In this document: positions 26,154 to 38,350 of the stretch, piece after piece
Position numbering within the stretch: the first letter of the stretch is position 1
Layout of the letters: every line of letters begins with the position of its first letter
Assembly (NCBI RefSeq): GCF_011386835.1
Contig: NC_088799.1
Location: forward strand, 101,060,001-101,124,000
DNA from: Chrysemys picta bellii
Taxonomy: Eukaryota
Length of the DNA: 64,000 nt
Direction: 5' to 3'
Position numbers and translations under genes: made by a program
Notes under the pieces: generated by a model
Databases searched by the model: none
The model's input: the letters and a program-made list of their open reading frames with translations, nothing else
Told to the model about the DNA's origin: nothing

Positions 26154-28059
26154 TGTCCTAATGAGGGAACCCTTCATTTGCAGCTCTAAATCCTCCTTTA
26201 TTTCCTGCTTATCAATCAGACCCCCCTTCGAATAACAGAGACCAGGTTAGTTAATCATACCATTGGCTGTCCGAGATGTGTGTTTGCATAACCAACCAGG
26301 CAATTCACACAAGCAAATATAATATAGAGGAAAGATTATTTGTAGAATAGAGACTATAGCACAGCAAGAAAATTTGATCACAAGAGCACAACAGTAATTC
26401 TAAAGCTAATTACCAAACAAGCAACTCGCACGTGCACAAAATCAATATAGTAGGTGATTCCTCTTGTAATCTAACAGTCAAGGACAGTTCCTTCTTTATG
26501 ATCCTCAGTACTTATGGTGAGTGTGCACATAAAATAAATGAAAGCGCAGTAACCGCGCCAAGTACTTGGGTACACACACGCAACGTCTACTTCTTATGAT
26601 TATACCTTTTTACTTTGAAAACTTGGCCAATCCAAATAGAAAAATGGAAACCATCCTCAATACAAACGACCGTTACAAGAGACAGTGTTCAATAACAGAA
26701 AGGAATGTTTTCTGTATTAGTAACAGCTTCTGACAACATCTATTTTCATAATAGTGTTTTGTCGAATGAGCAGTTTGGGTGAGAGTACTGCTAAATCACC
26801 TAAAGTGAGGCTGCCTGACGCTCTAATTGCTGCTAATGTTAGGTGTCTCCTTGCATTTCTTGTTTTATTCCTTTCTTTCTTTCTTTCATTCAATACCATC
26901 TGTCAGAGTCCATTCTGCCCTGGGACATTGCTTTGCATAAAGAGATATCAGAGTAGCCAGGCACTAGCAAAAGATCTGACTGGAGGTGAATATTTCTGGA
27001 AGCTTTATATGACACGTAAAACAAAAGAAAGTAATGCTTTATATAAAGATTCCATTTATAAATGGTTCATGAGTGTTTAATAGATGTAATAATAATGTTT
27101 TAGCCATGAGTCGTATGTATTATAGATGGCTATACATCTGGGCAGAGAAAGGTCATTCTGCTTTTGGAAGATGGTGGTATTTCTAATTTTGGTTTCATTC
27201 CAATTCGGAAGGAAAACCAAAGGTTTTGAAATTCTCCTTGAAAGGGATTGGAGCCCCAGCTCTGGGGCAGTTCACTTAGGGGCTGCCCCAGAGTTGTGGA
27301 CCCTGGAAACTCTGGGAACCAGGGCTTCCAGGCTCTTGACTCCCCATCAGCCCACTAGATGGGCTGACAAGGAGTTGGGCAGGTGAGTTGGCAGGACACG
27401 AGGCAGGTTTCCGAAACTGCCTGGCAGGCAGGGCTCCTTTGGACCCCTGATTTGGTTCTCTCGGAAGTGCACTGAAATCAAAGCGCTTCCATGGATGTTT
27501 CGATTTTCACAAATTGGTAACTTTTGAACCCCCCCCCCCCAATGTTTCATCAGAATTTTTCCAACTATCTCGAGTTATAAGCAGCCTGTTGGACTTTCAG
27601 ACTATTGATTAATCATTTATTACAAGATTTATTAGTGTATTAACCCTTTATAAATGGAAACTTCGGATATGGTGTGGCCAAAGAGAAAGTTAAGGGAACA
27701 AACAAATAATGGATCATTTTGAGGGAACCTAAGGAAAAGGATCTTTTAAAAAAAAAAAGTGAAAAATGTGAGATTCCAAGGTACTTAGGGTAAAATTCAC
27801 CCCCATGCACAGGGGGAGCCTTCAGAATAGAGCCTAAGATTAATATCAGTGGTGCTAGGTGACTTTCCTTTCACGAGAATGGAGCTGTTGGTTGTGACGC
27901 CATCGTTAACCATACAAGACCCCTTCCATTTAAAATCCTATTTTTGCCCCACTCTGAAAAGAAGAGTCCTACAGTAGCAACTAACTCTCTTGTAATAGTA
28001 AGTGTCTTTGAGCTCTATTGCGCTAATACAGTCTGTCTTTTTCAAGAGTTACTATAGCA

Positions 28060-28560
28060 ACTCCGCCGGATGTATTCTTCTGTTGTTTGGTGGAAGTGAA
28101 CTGGAAACTAGAAGAAGGCTGAAGTCGGAGAAGGCTGGATGTTGCCTTCAGCACAGAGCGTGATCTCTAAAGAAGAGGCTCCCGTTGGCGTGGAAACGCC
28201 CTGCGAGGTATCTGGCTTTGAGGGCTGCTGGCTGAGTACGTCGTTGCCTGCAGGCAGACGATGCCGTAGTTGCCAGAGACCCTCACACACCGTTTTCCGG
28301 CCGAGTATAGGTGTGACTGAGCCGCTGTTGCTTTTAATCATGTCCTGATACCTGACGTGTCCCCCAAAGCAATCGTAGGAGCCGGTGAGGCATCAGCTGC
28401 TGTGCTAATCATAAAATGCAGAGAACTCAAATCGCCGGAGTCTGGAGATGCCAGCTGGGCAATGGGATTATTTCTACACACAGTTGGAAAAGATCAATAT
28501 TCACTGTTTGAGCTGAATTATAATAAACGTGATGTCATGTCTCATTAACAGACCCTTCCC
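28060..28560. promoter_or_regulatory. Candidate regulatory element (small CpG-rich unique block)
   Basis: About 20 CpG in about 380 bp by hand count, no repeat signature, plus CATAAAA/TAATAAA motifs. Function is inferred only. Confidence 0.3.
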
Positions 28561-30018
28561 TGCACGGATTTCATATCCTGTCTGGGGAGGACATAGAGCA
28601 GCTACAGAACTGTATCAATTTGTCATTTCATCCGCAGGTGCTAGCCTGCCAGAGGGAAGGGATGCTTTGTAGCTGCTTTGGCCCACAGTGCGGTAGGTTC
28701 TAGCCAGGAAGAACCTCTGTCCAGCTGGAGAGGGTGTGACGCTGGGGAGTGAAGGCCATGTGCACACCGATCTTCCCACTGCCTCTTAAACACATTCATT
28801 CAGAACAGTCTTCCGCAAGCCAGGGAGAGATCCTGTAGTGTCTCAGGTAAGGAGGCAGAGACCAAAAGACGGAGCGATGTAGCCTGGGACAGTCAAAGAC
28901 ACCTCAGGGAGCAATGGATGGGATTTTCAAAAGCTCCTAAATGCCTTTAGGAGCACACATTGCCCTGAAAGTCACCGGGATGTGTGCCCCTAACCAACAT
29001 TGGGGCTTTTGAAAAGCCCATCCTTGGTGCCCAGCTCCTATTGGAAGTCAATAGGGGTTGGACAACTAATTCCTTTGGGTTCCTCTGAAGCAGTGACTAG
29101 CAGGTAAAAACCCGGGGAGCAGACCCTCAGCAGGTTTGAGTTGTCGTAACTCCATTGGAGCCAATAGAGCAGCCCTCAGGTGTAGACAGGCGAGTTGTAG
29201 TTTGAACACATTGGCTGATGGAAGTAAACCTTGGGCTCCACCCAAGCGTTAACTCTTGCCTTGGCCACAGTAGGGTTTTAAGACATGTTAACCAATATGT
29301 TAGAAATACACCTTTTTTTCCAACCCCTAAATTCCTTCAGAAACAGAAGAAACCAGAGTTTGGGGTTAAAATGCCCAGCAGAACCGAACATGTTTTAAGT
29401 AGTATTTTGCTATGATCCAGAGGCAACTACAACAAAAATACATCGTGGAAAATGTATTCTCTTTATTTTTTGTACGCATTTGGTACCCACCTGTTTACTT
29501 ACTGGGTTGCTTTCTATTTCAGATGTCTCTTTACAACACTGAAAATCTATGAAACGCTGACCATAATTAATACAAAGCTAATAACATAAAAACCCGCCAC
29601 CTCAGACAACAGTTAACAAGTGAAAGGAAAATGAAAAACCAACAGCTCCTTTATCAGACCCTCACGACCGCAGTGATATTCATCGGCTGTCAGATAACAA
29701 AGCAATACCCGTAGGCTTCCGCGCTATGTCCTGCAGACCAGACCCTCCCTAAATACTTGGGGGATGGGGAAAAGATGGCCCTGTCAGCGTGTGCAGGAGA
29801 AGATCAAATCTGGGCCCTGTCTGGCCAAGTGGAGAGTGCACTCCACAGTCAAGGACCCATCACAGAAAATCCCTCCCCAGCAGCCCCCTCGGTGGAGCTC
29901 AGATGCTGCCAAGGAAGCTTCTCTCTTAATAAATTAGTTTACTTGGAGTAAAGCTTAAAGGATTTGGGGCCTGATCCAAAGCCCAATGAAGACAATGGGA
30001 AGACTCCTATTGACTTGA

Positions 30019-30313
30019 TTCATTACAAACATTGACTCTATCTCCCCTTGTAAGTACTCTCACACTTATTATCAAACTGTCTGTACTCGGCTAGCTTGAT
30101 TATCACTTCAAAAGTTTTTTTTCTCTTAATTAATTGGCTTCTCAGAGTTGGTAAGACAACTCCCACCTGTTTATGCTCTCTGTATGTGTGTATATATATC
30201 TCCTCAATATATGTTCCATTCTATATGCATCCGAAGAAGTGGGCTGTAGTCCACGAAAGCTTATGCTCTAATAAATTTGTTAGTCTCTAAGGTGCCACAA
30301 GTACTCCTTCTTT
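30019..30313 (+). mobile_element. 5'-truncated Penelope-like element (3' pseudo-LTR tail)
   Basis: Tail 'gcatccgaagaagtgggctgtagtccacgaaagcttatgctctaataaatttgttagtctctaaggtgccacaagtactcc', which I recognise as a reptile Penelope-like terminus. Flanked by a 12-bp direct repeat CTATTGACTTGA (30007-30018, 30314-30325). Confidence 0.85.
30227..30266 (+). ncRNA. Minimal type-I hammerhead ribozyme-like motif (variant core)
   Basis: GCAU-CCGAAGA-A-GUGGGC(UGUA)GUCCAC-GAA-AGCU-U/AUGC. It has a 4-bp stem I, a 6-bp stem II, a palindromic AGCU stem III and a predicted cleavage after 30262. The core deviates from CUGANGA (U4C) and carries one extra A. Confidence 0.6.
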
Positions 30314-30761
30314 CTATTGACTTGAGGGACTTTGAAGCCAGACCCCTGTTGCGTGGTTTTAAAACTTGTGATACAGCAGGGCCAGAGGGCAGCAGGAGAG
30401 TGATTTTTTGTGTGTGTGTTAAAATAAATTATTTTTAATGAGGGAAATTCACCAAAATTCGCTAAAGCCAGTGGTTCCCATTAAAAACAAACCAAAGCAG
30501 CACACTTCTGTCTGAATTCTATTCACCTGCTGTTGTTAAAGTCATCCCTTGCCCCATAACAAAGATCACAGGGGAGATATTTCTATTTTAGATTTTACTT
30601 GCTGGGTTTAACACGGACTATGCAATCAAGCTAGCTTCTCTTGCCCTATGGGTAGTCAATACGGTGCAGTAAATCATTCGTTAATCACACTGCTGATGAC
30701 ACAGTAGGTACCTGGGGCTGGTTCTACGTAGGAGCTGGGAGCACAGGCAGGTTCCTGCAGA

Positions 30762-31421
30762 TGACGGAAATCCTCCTCTCTCAGGGGATCTTCTGGCCAT
30801 CAAAAAAGGACTCCTCGTCTTTGAGGATCTTTATGCGAATGGCCCGGCAGCAACAGGTCCATCCAGTCCTCTGGGTTCTGTTCGCTGACCAGACGCATCA
30901 CTCTGGAGGACAAGCAGGACAGCAGCCGCAAAACCGGTCCCAATGGTTGAACTGGTAGCGGCGGCGGCCCAGCGCAAGCCCCAGAATGATCAGAGCCTTA
31001 TTCCCTGTAGATTAAGGGGTGGTTACTACAGGTTAATTAGAGCACCTGAAGCCAATTAAGCCCCCACCCCAGACCTAATAAAAACCTCTGCTTCAGTCAG
31101 ACAGGAGGAGGGAAGGAGAGCTGACTGGAGTTTGGAGGTATAGTGGTGTTGACCAGAGGATTAGAATAGCAAGGGAAGGGAGACTCCCCAGTACAGAGAA
31201 CTGAGAGAAACCCTGCCCAGGGGGAAAGAGGGTAAGAAGCCTGTGAAAGTGAAGGGGCTGGGACTGGATTAGGGGGCGAACCTGGGTCCCTTCTCCGCTC
31301 CCCTTCTCTCCCCCTCCAGGGCACCTGAGGAGCCCAAGAATAGGAGCAGGGGCAGCGCCCTAACCCACCACCCCCAGGAAAAGCATGGGACCCACCACAC
31401 TAGCATAGGCCATTTGTCACA
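30762..31421 (+). mobile_element. LTR-like element (Gypsy-type solo LTR, left end uncertain)
   Basis: Ends in 'tgtcaca'. Has an internal promoter-like block 'gcacctgaagccaattaag...ctaataaaaacctctgcttcagtcagacag'. No TSD found. Confidence 0.5.
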
Positions 31422-31489
31422 AACTGCACCCATATTAAAACGTTTTTCCCTTGCACTGCTGAAGAGCTCGGTTGTGAGCATTATCCTGA

Positions 31490-31900
31490 ATGTGCTAGTC
31501 AGCGCCCGGTTCTATTTGAAATTGAGCTGCCGGTCTGCTGGGGAGCTGTGACCTCCGTGCGCTGTCACCCACGGGAATGGAAAACTTTCCTCCCTTTGCA
31601 GCACAAACCGCAGATGCCCGGCTGCTCCTTTACCGGCTTGTTGGACACCAGCCATTGGTTGCTTATCATCAATTCTGATCTGACAGTGATCCCTACAGCT
31701 GATGTGCTGATTCTAATCCGCTGCTTCAGCCGGGTTTAAATCTTTATCTGCAATCGGTGAGTCTGAGCGCTGAGTGTGCAGAGACATTATTAGATTATTA
31801 AATCAATGACACTCGGGTTATTAGTCACACTTATCTGCATTACCTGACACTGTAATGATGTTCTATTTTTACTTCCATCCTGCTAATGTCCCAGAGGTAC
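31490..31900. promoter_or_regulatory. Candidate conserved non-coding element or enhancer
   Basis: Unique sequence retaining CpGs, with clustered TGACAG (31681), AAATCAAT and multiple ATTA/TAAT motifs. Conservation was not testable here. Confidence 0.3.
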
Positions 31901-32324
31901 TGAAATTATGACCAGAAAATTAATTTCTTTACATTTGGACAAGAAATAGAAGTAAGGGGAATAATCCCGTCTCGACACTATAAATCCTAACAGGGTTGTT
32001 CAGAAAAGCTATGGGTATAAAAAAATAAAATAAAAAGGTTGAGAACTACATTTCATGTACCCGCTTATCCCTGTGGTGCGGGGCAAAAGAACAGGCCTGT
32101 GGATAGGTCTGGTGTTCATATCTGGGCCAGACTATTTTAGCTGGTAACTCATTTTGAGGGATTAGGATTCCTGAGCTAGCGTTAATGGTTTTACTCGACC
32201 TGCCAATATTTTCTCACAGAATCCTGCCATCGGGGATGTTGGAAAAGGAGCATTACTGGAGTGAGATCAAATCTCGTAACCAGAAAACGGACAGCTCATG
32301 GTAAGATGATGAGGACGTTGAGTG

Positions 32325-34194
32325 TGTGACGGATTCCCCCCAGCATGCCACCTGCATCTGCGGTATCACTGAGCCCTCCTGACCCACCAGCCTGGATTCC
32401 CTTTACACTGTACTGTTGTGACAGGCTCTCAAGCCCCCTCCAGCACACATACGCTTAGGGACACACCCCGCTGCAGAAACAGACAGACGCAGTGATCAGC
32501 TCTGCATGGGAAGGCTTCAGCTAAGGAACTTCCCAGCCACTTAGGCACCCCCCCCCCCTGCAGGGTAAATGCAAAATGATACCGTCTTGCGCTGCATAGA
32601 GAACTGTACAGCGTAAGCTCATGAAATTCGCCCCCTCCGTCAGTGTGGAGAAAGATATGCCACAGCCTCTTGCCCCAAGCTATGATTTCCACACACTGGT
32701 TTTAGACAAAACAAAAACAAGTTTATTAACTACAAAAGAGAGATCTGAAGTGATTATAAGGGAGAGCAAACAGATCAAAGCAGAGTCCCTAGCAAATAAA
32801 CAAAAATGCAATCTGAGCTTGATATACTAAAGAGATTGGATATGAGTAGCAAATTCTCACCCTAAATGATTAGGGCCCTACCAAATTCACAGTCCATTTT
32901 GGTCGATTTCATGCTCATAGGATTTTTTTAAAAATCATAAATTTCAAGATTTTCAGCTATTTATATCTGAAATTTCATGGTGATGTAACTGTAGGGATCC
33001 TGACCCAAAAAGGAGTTTTGGGGGTGTAGCAAGGTTATTGTAGGGGGGATTGCAGTACTGCTACCCTTATTTCTGCGCTGCTGCCTTCAGAGCTGGGCCC
33101 TCAGTCAGCAGCCCCCACTCTCCAGCTGCCCAGCGCTGAAGGAAGTAGTGCAGAAGTAAGGGTGGCATGGTATGGGTATTGTCAGGCTTACATATGGACT
33201 GCTGCTGGTGGGGCGCTACCTTCAGAGCTGGGCATCCAGCCAACAGCCGCCACTCTCCAGCCGCCCAGCTCTGAAGGCAGTGCAGAAGTAAGGATGGCAA
33301 TACTGCAACCCCCGCAAAAACATAACCCCCTGCAGCTCCCTCTTGGGTCAGGACCCCCAATTTGAGAAATGCTGGTCTCGCCAGTGAAATCTGTATAGTA
33401 CAGGGTAAAAGAACACACAAGACCAGATTTCACCAGTGAGACCAGACTTCATGGTCTATGGTGTGTTTTTCATGGCCGTGAATTTGGTAGGGCCCTATAA
33501 ATGATTATTTAAGCCAGTTGCAGAGATTGTTAAGGGGCCAGCTGCTCTTGCTTGTAACTTAAAAAACCCAGGTATTCCTCTCTCAGGCTAGAAACCCCTC
33601 TAGCCAGGGTCCAGCACTTCCCCCCCACTTCCATCCTTGTTCCTCAGGTGTTTCCAAGAGTCTTCTTTGGACGGGGAGTCTGTGAAGAACCATGATGATG
33701 TCACTCTCCTGCCTTAAATAGCTTTTGCATATGGTGGGAACCCTTTCTCCCCAAGCTTGGTTCCCACACCAGTCAGTGAAAAAACATGGTATTCCAAGAT
33801 GGAGTCCAGTACCACGTGAGCTGGTCACATGCCCCTGTAGTGTCATAGCAGCCATGACTTGGATGCTGTTTGTAGCATCCTCAGTGGGAGATAAACTTCT
33901 TCTAAGGCCTATTGTTTTCTCTAATGGCCCTTCCAAGCCAGCCATCTAGACTGATTGTATTCTTCCTAGTGGGCATTCCCCAGGTGTAACCATATTTGTA
34001 ATACAGATATAGTCTATATTCCTAACTTCAGATACAAAAATGATACAGGCATACAGGTAGGATAATCATATTGAGTAAATTATAACCTTTCCAATGATAT
34101 CTTACATGACCCATCTTGTATAAAATACATCATAGTTATGCCATAATCATATCGTAATAATATCCCTGTGAAGAATATGGGGAGTAGTGTCACA
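32325..34194 (-). mobile_element. Solo LTR (about 1235 bp native) interrupted by a hAT element
   Basis: tgtgacgg ... tgtcaca termini. Perfect 5-bp TSD GAGTG (32320-32324, 34195-34199). AATAAA on the minus strand in 'caagtttattaac'. Confidence 0.9.
32871..33497. mobile_element. Non-autonomous hAT element (627 bp)
   Basis: Perfect 20-bp TIRs TAGGGCCCTACCAAATTCAC. Perfect 8-bp TSD TAAATGAT (32863-32870, 33498-33505). Two internal units of about 85 bp (33081-33167, 33216-33299). Confidence 0.95.
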
Positions 34195-34934
34195 GAGTGT
34201 TCAAGAGCTACTGTGTTGAATGCAAAGAAAGGAACATCTCAGCCCACAGTGCACCAAGTCAAAATGGGTTTCCTACAAAAACACCAACCAACCAACCAAC
34301 CAAAAAAGTGGTGTGTAGGGCCCTGATTTGATGATGAGTGAAGATTTAAGAATATCTGTGCTATTGCTGCCCGGCATGTAGAGTAACCGTCTTTCAGTTA
34401 GGAGGAATATGAAAATATGAAAAAACAAACAGTAAAAGATAGTTAAGGGCCATATTCTCTGTCGACTTAACTCCATTGAAATCCAGGAGAAAGAGCAGAG
34501 AGTTCATCTTGGCATCTGTTTTGACCAGTGGTACCTCAAAAATGGTTCCAGCACCCGGGACTCAAAGCGGTTCCCATAAGGAATCGTGGGAGTTTGACCT
34601 CTTCCCTCACAATCCCTCTGGACCTCCCAGCAGCTTTGTGAAATCTCCCAGGAGCTTCTGGGGTCTCAACCAGGAACTGCAGGGTAGGCATACAGAGTGC
34701 AGTACAATAGTGTGGAGACAAAAGCTTAAATCCCAACAGCCTGGCTGGAATAGTTTGTTTTGCTAAAAGAGATGCTCTAGGAATTATTTGGGGGGAGGTC
34801 TGTGGCTTGCGTTGTGGAGGAGGGCTGAGTAGATGAGCACAGGCCCTTTCTGGCCTTGGAATCAATGAATTCTCTAGTGCAAACACAGCTTCTAGGGCAG
34901 AGAATGGGAAGAAGCATATGATAAATGCTTCCCC

Positions 34935-34936
<2 letters not shown>

Positions 34937-34964
<28 letters not shown>
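34937..34964. repeat. (AG)14 microsatellite
   Basis: Directly visible. Confidence 0.95.
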
Positions 34965-34965
<1 letters not shown>

Positions 34966-37900
34966 CTCAGCTTTTTCTCCCTCCAATTATTTGTAAGATG
35001 TCTGAGTTTATCAATTGCCTGCCCGAGCCGTATATTACCTAGTGCGAGAGCATAATTTGTTTTTAATGTATGTTTTAACAGCATGATTTGTTTCATGTTT
35101 GCAATTAATTTCAAAGTAGGAACAAGCGCTGGTGCTCAGTGTGCCAGAAATTCAGCAGGAAGGACTTTATAGAGCCCTTCAACTGGAAAATTTCCACTTA
35201 AACTAAAATATGACACTAACGGAGAAAGAGAGAGCATGTGTATCATTGGTACCGGAGAGCTGCATAGGGTGGAATGTGCCAGCAACTAAAATTTGCACTG
35301 GAATTATAATGGAATGAGTTCTTTAGGTGTAATTAAAACACGGAGGAGTGAACTCTCATGGAAATCCTTTACTCCAAGCTTTTGGACTCCTGTAAACAAG
35401 AAGCAAACGTTCAGCAGGTCAGCCAGAGTACAATATTTTGTATGTTCTTTGGTTAAACATTAAAGGGGTATTGTCATGTGGCTATAACTAATTGTCTAGG
35501 CTTAAAATTAAATCGAATCAATTTTGAGCACTTAGGTTCAGAATTAAAGCGGTTTTCACCTGGTAGAACTGTCTTTCCAATTCTAAACATCTCTAAAATC
35601 ATTTAAAAATAAAAATGTCTTTTAAAATGGTTGCCTTTCCCGGGTACCATGAAAATGATCAGCATTCTGATTAGCTTATATTTCTCTGCAGCACTGGAAT
35701 TCCTGTAGGAGGATGTCTGAATTACGGGATTTTATCGGTCTGTGGTTATGCATGTTAAAAAGTTAGCATTTACACTAGATCTTCCAGACTGACAACACAC
35801 AGCCAACAAAAGATGAACTTTTATTTACACAATTTCCCATCTGTTTTTTTCAGACAATGTCTTGTTACACCTCCTGATTACAAAACTTAACATTTACACA
35901 TTACCACTCACACCTGTATGGGAACCAGAAGGGTTGGGCATAGGACGGTGTATTCAAGTGTTGTCAGTGCACTTGCTGAATGATGATATGCTGCTAAACC
36001 ATTGAATGGTCATACTCAAATTCTTAGATAAACGTCTGCCCCTTTGAAGTCAAGGGAGATTTTGCTGTTGATTTCAGTGGGATGAGGCTTTCACCTCTTA
36101 TGTTTCGCGTCAAAATTTAGTTATGTAGTCAAGTGTTAAAACACACCTTGTGTTGCAAACTGTTCTTCTGGGCTTTTGCTGGTAAATTGCTTATTTCGAC
36201 AGTAAGCAACTCAGGGGAGGGACCTGTCTTAAATTCATTAAGTGCTGACCTCAAATCTGTGTGCTCTGTAATCTGTATTTTGGGATGGGAACCATGTTGC
36301 TACAGTTTTGGTTAGAGATGGGGTCACGCTGGGGAGTTCATATCCAGAACTCAGTTCACTAATACATAGCTGTGCATACTCAACTTCATCTTAACAAATA
36401 TTTGTGTGTGGGGGGGGTGGTACACACACTTTCTTTTTCGCTAGTCACGCTGGACACTAGCTTTTGTATAGCAGCTGGTAAAAATGCATTAATAAAAAGT
36501 AAAGATAATAACCTAAATGGAACTTGAAGGAACTGACAAGAGGCAGTACTGGATTTGCTTTTCCCACCATTAAATCCAGCTCACTCGGGGATAACAGCCT
36601 TCAGGTAGATTGAGAGTGCACCACGAAGCTGCTCCGCATTTGACAAATCGCTGGGAGTGAAGAAAGAACACGCTTTGCAACTGAAAGTTCAAGGACAAAT
36701 TGGGCCCCAGTCCAGCAAACAACTTAAGCACGTGCATCCATTTAAGCGCCCAAGTAGACCCATTGAAGTAAAGCTAGCGCTGGGAGACTACTAATTTTGA
36801 TTTATGCAATGACGTTGTCCAAGTTGTCCGATTCTGGGCTTCTCTGCATGGGGCATTATTCTGGAGTAGCTATTTCTGATTACCTATTCCTACTTAACTT
36901 CAGGTGGGGACACTCTTATTCCAGAATAAGGGGGCCTTGTTTTGAAGTCCCATCCGCCCTGATTCCGGATAAATTTTCACGTGTAGGCAAGCCCTAGAAT
37001 GCACACAGTAGTGGCCAAAGGATGTGGCGAGTTGATTAACTCTCTGTTGATAAATTGACATTTTATAAAGCAAATATTGCCCAAGTTCCGGATTTTTGCA
37101 CCTTGCTTTATTACACTGACACAGTGCAGTACATTCTTGTGCGTGCTGCAGTTAGAAGAAAACCCCCCCACCAACTGCCTCCCTCACATTGGGCCATAAC
37201 TGCTTGAAGCCATTATGGGCCATTATATGAAGCTGTTACAGTCTATTGAGCAAATCTACAGATTAAAGCTCCCTACATCCAGAGTAACATGCTAGGTCTG
37301 TTGTGTCAATAATAGCAGGATTAAAGGGCCCTAATCATGTGCAGAGTGACAGAGGGTGTCCGCCAGGGCAGGTGTTAAAGCAATTGCCTTTTAAAAAGCT
37401 GCGTTGGTGAAGGGCTATGGGACTAAGAACGCAGGGATTCAGCGTGAGGCAGCTGCTTCCACTTTATCTTAGTGCAACTTTGCACATTGAGGGATTGCTG
37501 CAAGGGACTTGACCGAGCCCCCAGTAGCCGCAGGCTTGTCAGCCACTCCCAGCTGGAGAAGCCGGCTGATGAGCAAGTGGATTGTTTCTGGCGACCTGTG
37601 AGCCTGCTACACAGGAGGGAACTGGGCATGGGCCTTTTCCCACCCTCTGCTTGTGGGAGGGGGCTGGTGGTGTGGCTTCTGGTCCTCCTCATGGAAGGGG
37701 GAGAGTCATGCCCTTCAAGAGTGCATTGTTATCGCACGACTGCTCCCACGCAGCCTCCCTGGGCGTTGTTCAGTCTGGGGTCGGTGAGTGAGAGAATTGG
37801 CAGCACGATGGGACTCTGACCCAGGCGCAGCTCTGGAATGGACGTCCCTCGGATCATCTATGGTGCTTTGAAAAGTCAACCCTAGCTGACAAAAGTAGAC

Positions 37901-38039
37901 AGCTACAGAAAAGCCCTATCCTTCATTCCGACTTGTGGGGAACATGCTGGTTACTGTGTCCCCTCGCATCACTCCAGATCCTTATTGCGATATATATAGC
38001 AACAGAAAATTGCTAGATGGCAGCAGGGTAGGGTGTCGT

Positions 38040-38293
38040 GCTCTAGAGGACAGAGCACTGAATGTGGATTCAGGAATCTTGGATTCTGTTCCTGACGCTG
38101 CCACTGACCTGAGGTTCCTTGGTCACTTCATTCTAAGTGCCTCTGTCTCCAATCCCACTCTCTTGCATACTTTGATTGTAAGCAATTTGGGGCAGGGAGT
38201 GTCTCTGACTTTGTATATGTGCCGCACCTGGCACGATAGTGTTCTGATCTCAGTTGTGGCCTGTAGGTATCACTGTCATACAAACAAAAAATA
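38040..38293 (+). mobile_element. MIR/CORE SINE with L2-like tail
   Basis: 'gacagagcactgaatgtggattcaggaatcttggattctgttcctgacgctgccactgac...tgcctctgtctcc' followed by 'ttgtaagcaatttggggcaggga...cctggcac'. Confidence 0.7.
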
Positions 38294-38350
38294 AAATATT
38301 TCCTTGCCAAGGGGGCAGGCTTGGGTGGCTGCATAATGACTCAACCAAGC

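Noticed and set aside
26200-26700. Possible additional reverse-oriented LTR
   Set aside because: I could not find TG...CA ends with a matching TSD, so the boundaries are unsupported.
34536-35114. Longest ORF in the track (192 aa, minus strand)
   Set aside because: It runs through the (AG)14 microsatellite (LSLSLSL), has no recognisable domain, and begins at a non-ATG codon.
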